From the NCBI GenBank assembly GCA_036172245.1, contig JAYWIR010000009.1:4774001-4838000 (forward strand): DNA of 64,000 bases. Direction: 5' to 3'. The DNA comes from Raillietiella orientalis (lineage: Eukaryota). The notes under the pieces were generated by a model, which was not told the origin of the DNA, did no database searches, and was given only the letters and a program-made list of their open reading frames with translations. Positions 57,650 through 64,000 of this stretch are shown one piece after another (the first letter of the stretch is position 1; each line of letters opens with the position of its first letter). The position numbers and the translations under genes are program-made.

Positions 57650-59080
57650 GGGGCGGCGGAGGGAGAGGCCACGACTGCTCCTCTTCTCTTGGCGAAAGGG
57701 AATCATCCCGCGGCCCCTGGAGACTTCCGTTGGGCCGCGTGGGCTCAGCACGCCTCCGGGCAAGGTCACGGGAAGGTCCCCTCCGCTCGTGCTCTCACAG
57801 AACGTTCTTCCACCGGTTGTCGAGGCAACCGGGGCGAGGAACCGGAAGGCAGGAAGGTAGCCGTGCGAGGACCGGGGTCTGGGTCACGCACGACCGCTGC
57901 ACCTCGGTCCCTCTTGGCACTGAGCTTCTTTCCTCGGCTGCGCCCATCCTCGCCCTGCCCGCCCATTTCCGGAAGCGCGCGGAGGCCCCCCTGAACGGGC
58001 AAGAGGGCAAGGACTCCTTAAGAGATCCGAACGGACTCCGCAGGGACCTCCTTGCACCCCCCCGTGGACTGGGACGAGCACCTTCAAGGATGCACTCGAA
58101 CTCCCGAGGCATCCCGGCTCGTTTACAAAAAAGGGGATCCGGGAGCCCACGCTGCGCCCGCTCCCCGGAGCGGCGGTAGTAAACGGAGGAGGAAAAAGGA
58201 GGGGGGGGGGAACGGACTCGGGGTTCCTGGCGATGCCGCGTCCTGACCGAAGAAAACGCCGGCCCGCTCGAGAAGGGGTGCTGCTGCCCGCGGGCGACCC
58301 TTCCAGGAGCATCGCCGCTTCCCGGAAGCGACCCGCAACCTCCGGAGAGCTCGTCCCCGGAAGTCCCGCCTGCGTCCCATTGCCCGCCTGTCCGGATTCG
58401 CATCACCCGGCTCCAGGACCGCGCCCCATCCCATTCCCACCACTGCCTGGACTCTTTCGGGGTTCTCCTCCACACCCCTCCTCCTCCCCCGTTCGGGCGC
58501 ACCCAATCCTGCGAATGTCCTCTTCCCGTTCTCCCCTTTCGTCTCCAGGAGCCCTCCAGGCAAGGACACGACCGACGTGCCGGCCGCATGCCGTCCTGGA
58601 CACTCCGCCCTCGATCGACGGGAGGCCACCCTCCCGAGTAGCAGCAGCACTCCTGAGACGTCCAGCAGTGTTTCGGGAGTCGCGCGCTGCACCCGGACCA
58701 TCCGGCGGGAACGGGGATTTCAACGCGCGTTCCTCGGCGGAGACCTGCTCCTCGCTCCCTTCCTGCTCCTCCAGGAAGGGAGCGAGGAGTTGCCCCGGCA
58801 AGCTGTCGATAAGAGATCGCTGCGAGATGGAACGGTAAAGAACCGGAACGTCCGGTTCCCCATTGTTCTTGCGGCGACTGGCACTCCTGAATCACGGCGG
58901 CGGCCGAGCAGTGCAAAGGCAGATCTTCTCCCCCCTCACTCCCCTTTCCTTTCTTCTCGAAAAGCAACTTGTGTCCGGAGCACAACAGACCCTGTTGTTC
59001 CCTCTGAGCCTTGCGTCACCAGCACATGCATCATCGCCTTCTCCCCCTTGGATAGCTTCATAACAAACTGTTTTTTTTTC
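57650..59080 (+). mobile_element. Decayed LINE fragment (endonuclease remnant plus T-rich end)
   Basis: GNGDFNA near 58710 and a T-tract near 59070. Confidence 0.4.
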
Positions 59081-60614
59081 CATCTCAATCATCTCGTGAG
59101 CGGGATTCCCGTATGCATTGGCATGGATCCTGGACCACCGATTTGTTTTTTGTTTTGCTTTTTTCACCACCTTTCAGGAGGACCTTTTTATTGGGACCCA
59201 TCCAACAGAGCGTCCCCATCGATATGCACCGCTTCTGATGCGCAGCTGCATTGTTTATGTATTCCATTTGAGAAAGAGTTACATGTATCCTTTTGATCTT
59301 CCTGCTGCATTGCCCCCGCCGACTTCCAAACCTACAAACGGAAATAAAGTATCCCTGGAATTTAAAGTCGCGTCGGAGAAAGATCGCTCTTCCTCACATA
59401 AGCAGTTAAAGTAATGTGTACATTTGTTTTCTTCAATTTATCGTCCCTATGTAGCCATGCTTGCCATATGGTGCCTTGAAAACAATGTTGCTACCTTGCT
59501 TGTCCCGTAAAAAAAAAAAAAGAAAAAAAAATCGTTTCGTTTAAAGCTTTTGGTTTCATTTGGCGTGGCATGGATCCTGGACCACATTCTTTTTTATTTA
59601 TTTTTCGTTCCTCGCCTCCTTCCTTTCTCTTTTTCAGCTGCTTTCGATTCTTTCCGATTTTCTCATGGGTACGTTCCCATGTCAGGGGTGCCTCTTGCGG
59701 GTGGGGAGGGGGGGACTTCGTCGTCATGGCAATCGCGTCGAACCACCGACCTTCCCGCGCACGTCACCGTGGCCGAGGTGGAAAACCTACGCAGGCGAGC
59801 TCCTTTTCTTCCTTTTTCGGATGAAAAAGCACAAACGTTCCCAAAACACGTGGCTCAAGAACGGAGGAAACGAAAAAATCCTTCGGAAGCATTTCGTAAC
59901 CGAAACGAACCGGAAAACACCAACGAACGGCGCGCGCCACCAGTCTGCTGCTTCCGGTCCTACGGGGAAGATGCGAACACCAGCGGCTGTGAGTACATTC
60001 CAAATGTGTCTTCTGCCAAAGCACATGGCCACGTAAAATCACTTGAGTGCACCATGGAGTACTTTGGTGTGGGAAGGGAACCGGGCTGCAAGTTCCTGCA
60101 TCTGAGGAGTACAGGAAAGCAACTGCAAGTGCACTCAAAAGTCACAAAGCAGATTTTGTACTCAGTTGCTCGGTTGCCACGAGCCATGGTGGAATATGAA
60201 AAATAGCAACCAGCATGTGTGAGTGTTGTACATTCGATTCTAAAGGTAGACTCTAATGATGGAGTGGAAGCTTTCTTGTTATGTGTTTTTTCTCTCATGT
60301 GCATTTCCACATTGGCTGCATTCACAGCAAGTGAACAAGACTTCCAAGGTTCCAGCAGCTGGATACTTGGAACTCACAGCATCACCATTATGCTTTTCAG
60401 AATGTTGCAGTGAGGTTGGCATTTGATAGAACTGCCTTCTGAAACTGGGGAGGAAGGTGATCTCATGGCTGCTTGGTGGAATAACTAGATGCAAAAACAA
60501 AAAACAAACCAAAGTTGTGCATGCATGCAGAATTGTGCATCTGAGGTGTATTTTCGGTATTCAGGCACATTTGATGCCATTTTACTCAAATGAATTATTT
60601 GGATTGCCAATAAC

Positions 60615-61070
60615 CTACACAATCTTGGCTGGCACAAGCACACAAAACAGATTTTTCTTTGAGTCATCTTTCAGTTCCCATAGGATTTTAAGTGACAATT
60701 TGGGATATGCTGGTTTTATGAAAACTGCCTTTGTGTAATGGTACATTTGACCTTTTACTACTGGGCACTGAACACCACTCTCACAGCCATTATTGTTATC
60801 CAAAGGGAAATATATTTTTGCAAAACTGAATACACCAAACACTGAAGCTGTGGCTGTTTTACTGTCGACTGTGGATGAAAAAGACACACTAAACGTGACG
60901 TTGGTACCATGAACTAAGGGGCAGAACTTTTCAGAAGTGCACGGTGTGACTGTCACATTGAGGGTTTCCCCGACTTCGGATGTACACTTCTGATAAGGAG
61001 TGCCATAGCAGAGATGGGGGGCACTCATTAGCCAAAGAAACGCATGAACACTTATGACCTTGGCAAACAT
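60615..61070 (-). CDS. NPC2: NPC2/ML-domain secreted sterol/lipid-binding protein, single coding exon
   Basis: 151 aa with a signal peptide and the six-cysteine ML pattern (C..VTVTPC...CPLVHGTNVT..F..NGC.SGVQCPV.KG..Y.Y......YPKLSL...WELKDD....FC). Confidence 0.93.
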   Translation of the reverse strand: MFAKVISVHAFLWLMSAPHLCYGTPYQKCTSEVGETLNVTVTPCTSEKFCPLVHGTNVTFSVSFSSTVDSKTATASVFGVFSFAKIYFPLDNNNGCESGVQCPVVKGQMYHYTKAVFIKPAYPKLSLKILWELKDDSKKNLFCVLVPAKIV

Positions 61071-62019
61071 CTTAAAGTGGGAGGTCAGGATCTTTTGTAC
61101 TTCAGGCTACTTCACTCCCGCGTGGCATTTTGTGCGTGGCTGAAACGAAAAAACGATGATGATGATAACGAACGAATACTTGCTGTATCAAGTTCAGGAG
61201 GAGGGGGAGGGAGGGGCAGGGCGGGGGGGTGGATCGCTCTTCCCCGCTTTGTCTTTTTCCAGCAAGATGGAAATTGCTGCCTACACTTCGCAAAAGTGAA
61301 CACTGCACATGCCACACATTTCCGCTTTTGTAATCAACACTCTGCTGGTGGAATCGGTGTGCGTGTGCAGCGCCGGGCACACGTGAGCGAAAACGTGCTT
61401 CTTCTTACGCGGGTACGGCCTGCCACGATGCGCTCTCGTGTTTCTGGCGCGATTCCGCACCCTTCCCATTCGCTTGGGGTATCGGATTACACGGATCATC
61501 ATCTCTCGAGCTCTTCCGAGCAGACATTAGGGGTAGCAGGGGCTGAGCGGATGAGGCGGCATGGGGGACGGGGTTTTCGAAACGAAATCCCCGGAACCGA
61601 AATCTTCCCACGGAAGGGAGGGGAGGCCCCGACAACCGACCGCTCGGGATGGGAAGAGGAAGAAGCGCCCGGGATCCCCTCGCGTGCGCTTCCAGAGTAA
61701 CTGCTCCCTCGTGAGCACCGTCATCAAAAGTGCCAGCAGCCATCAATCGAATGGACGACGAAGGATCGCAGTCGGAGCCGCGCACACACACGCCGAAGAC
61801 CGAAACAGCCGACGTGCGGCTCTTTTCCGCGTCTTGCAAGGTTCCTTTCCGACTGCCTCGAGCCGTGGCGGTTCGTCCAGCTGCCAGCTGCGGCTCAGGA
61901 AGAGGGGGAAAAGGAAAGTGCGTGGGAGGTTTCTTCACGCAGGTTCCCATCGTGTCGTTGCGGGCCTACTCATCTTTCCACGTTCAATTCTTCATTAAGC
62001 TCCAGCAGCTGAATCTCAG

Positions 62020-64000
<1,981 letters not shown>

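Noticed and set aside
59960..60325. SWIM-finger-like YKICFVTFECTCSCF..CRN on the minus strand
   Set aside because: Lacks the terminal CxH and has no supporting gene structure.

Overview
This is eukaryotic (metazoan, probably invertebrate) genomic DNA with very short spliceosomal introns. The first ~34.2 kb is AT-rich and CpG-poor. It carries six spliced housekeeping genes (HMG-CoA synthase, COX10, PDCD2-like, NTHL1, GET4, WBP11) separated by non-LTR retrotransposon relics. One of these elements (11033-13468) has a clean 12-bp target-site duplication. Just after the WBP11 poly(A) signals the DNA becomes GC/CpG-rich: ~17 kb of fragmented Tx1/L1-like LINE copies in both orientations. These are followed by a GC-rich gene for a protease-less type II membrane protein (SEA-TSP1-Cys-rich-4xLDLa), an intronless NPC2/ML-domain gene, and possible exons of an unidentified gene at the right edge. 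The most distinctive observations are four. The LINE family ends in a conserved AATAAA + GC stem-loop module rather than a poly(A) tail (6 copies). Antisense 3'-end fragments of this family recur inside its own copies. Two introns require GC-AG splicing. The SEA/TSP1/LDLa protein has an unusual architecture. All family assignments come from motif recognition by eye, not from database searches.
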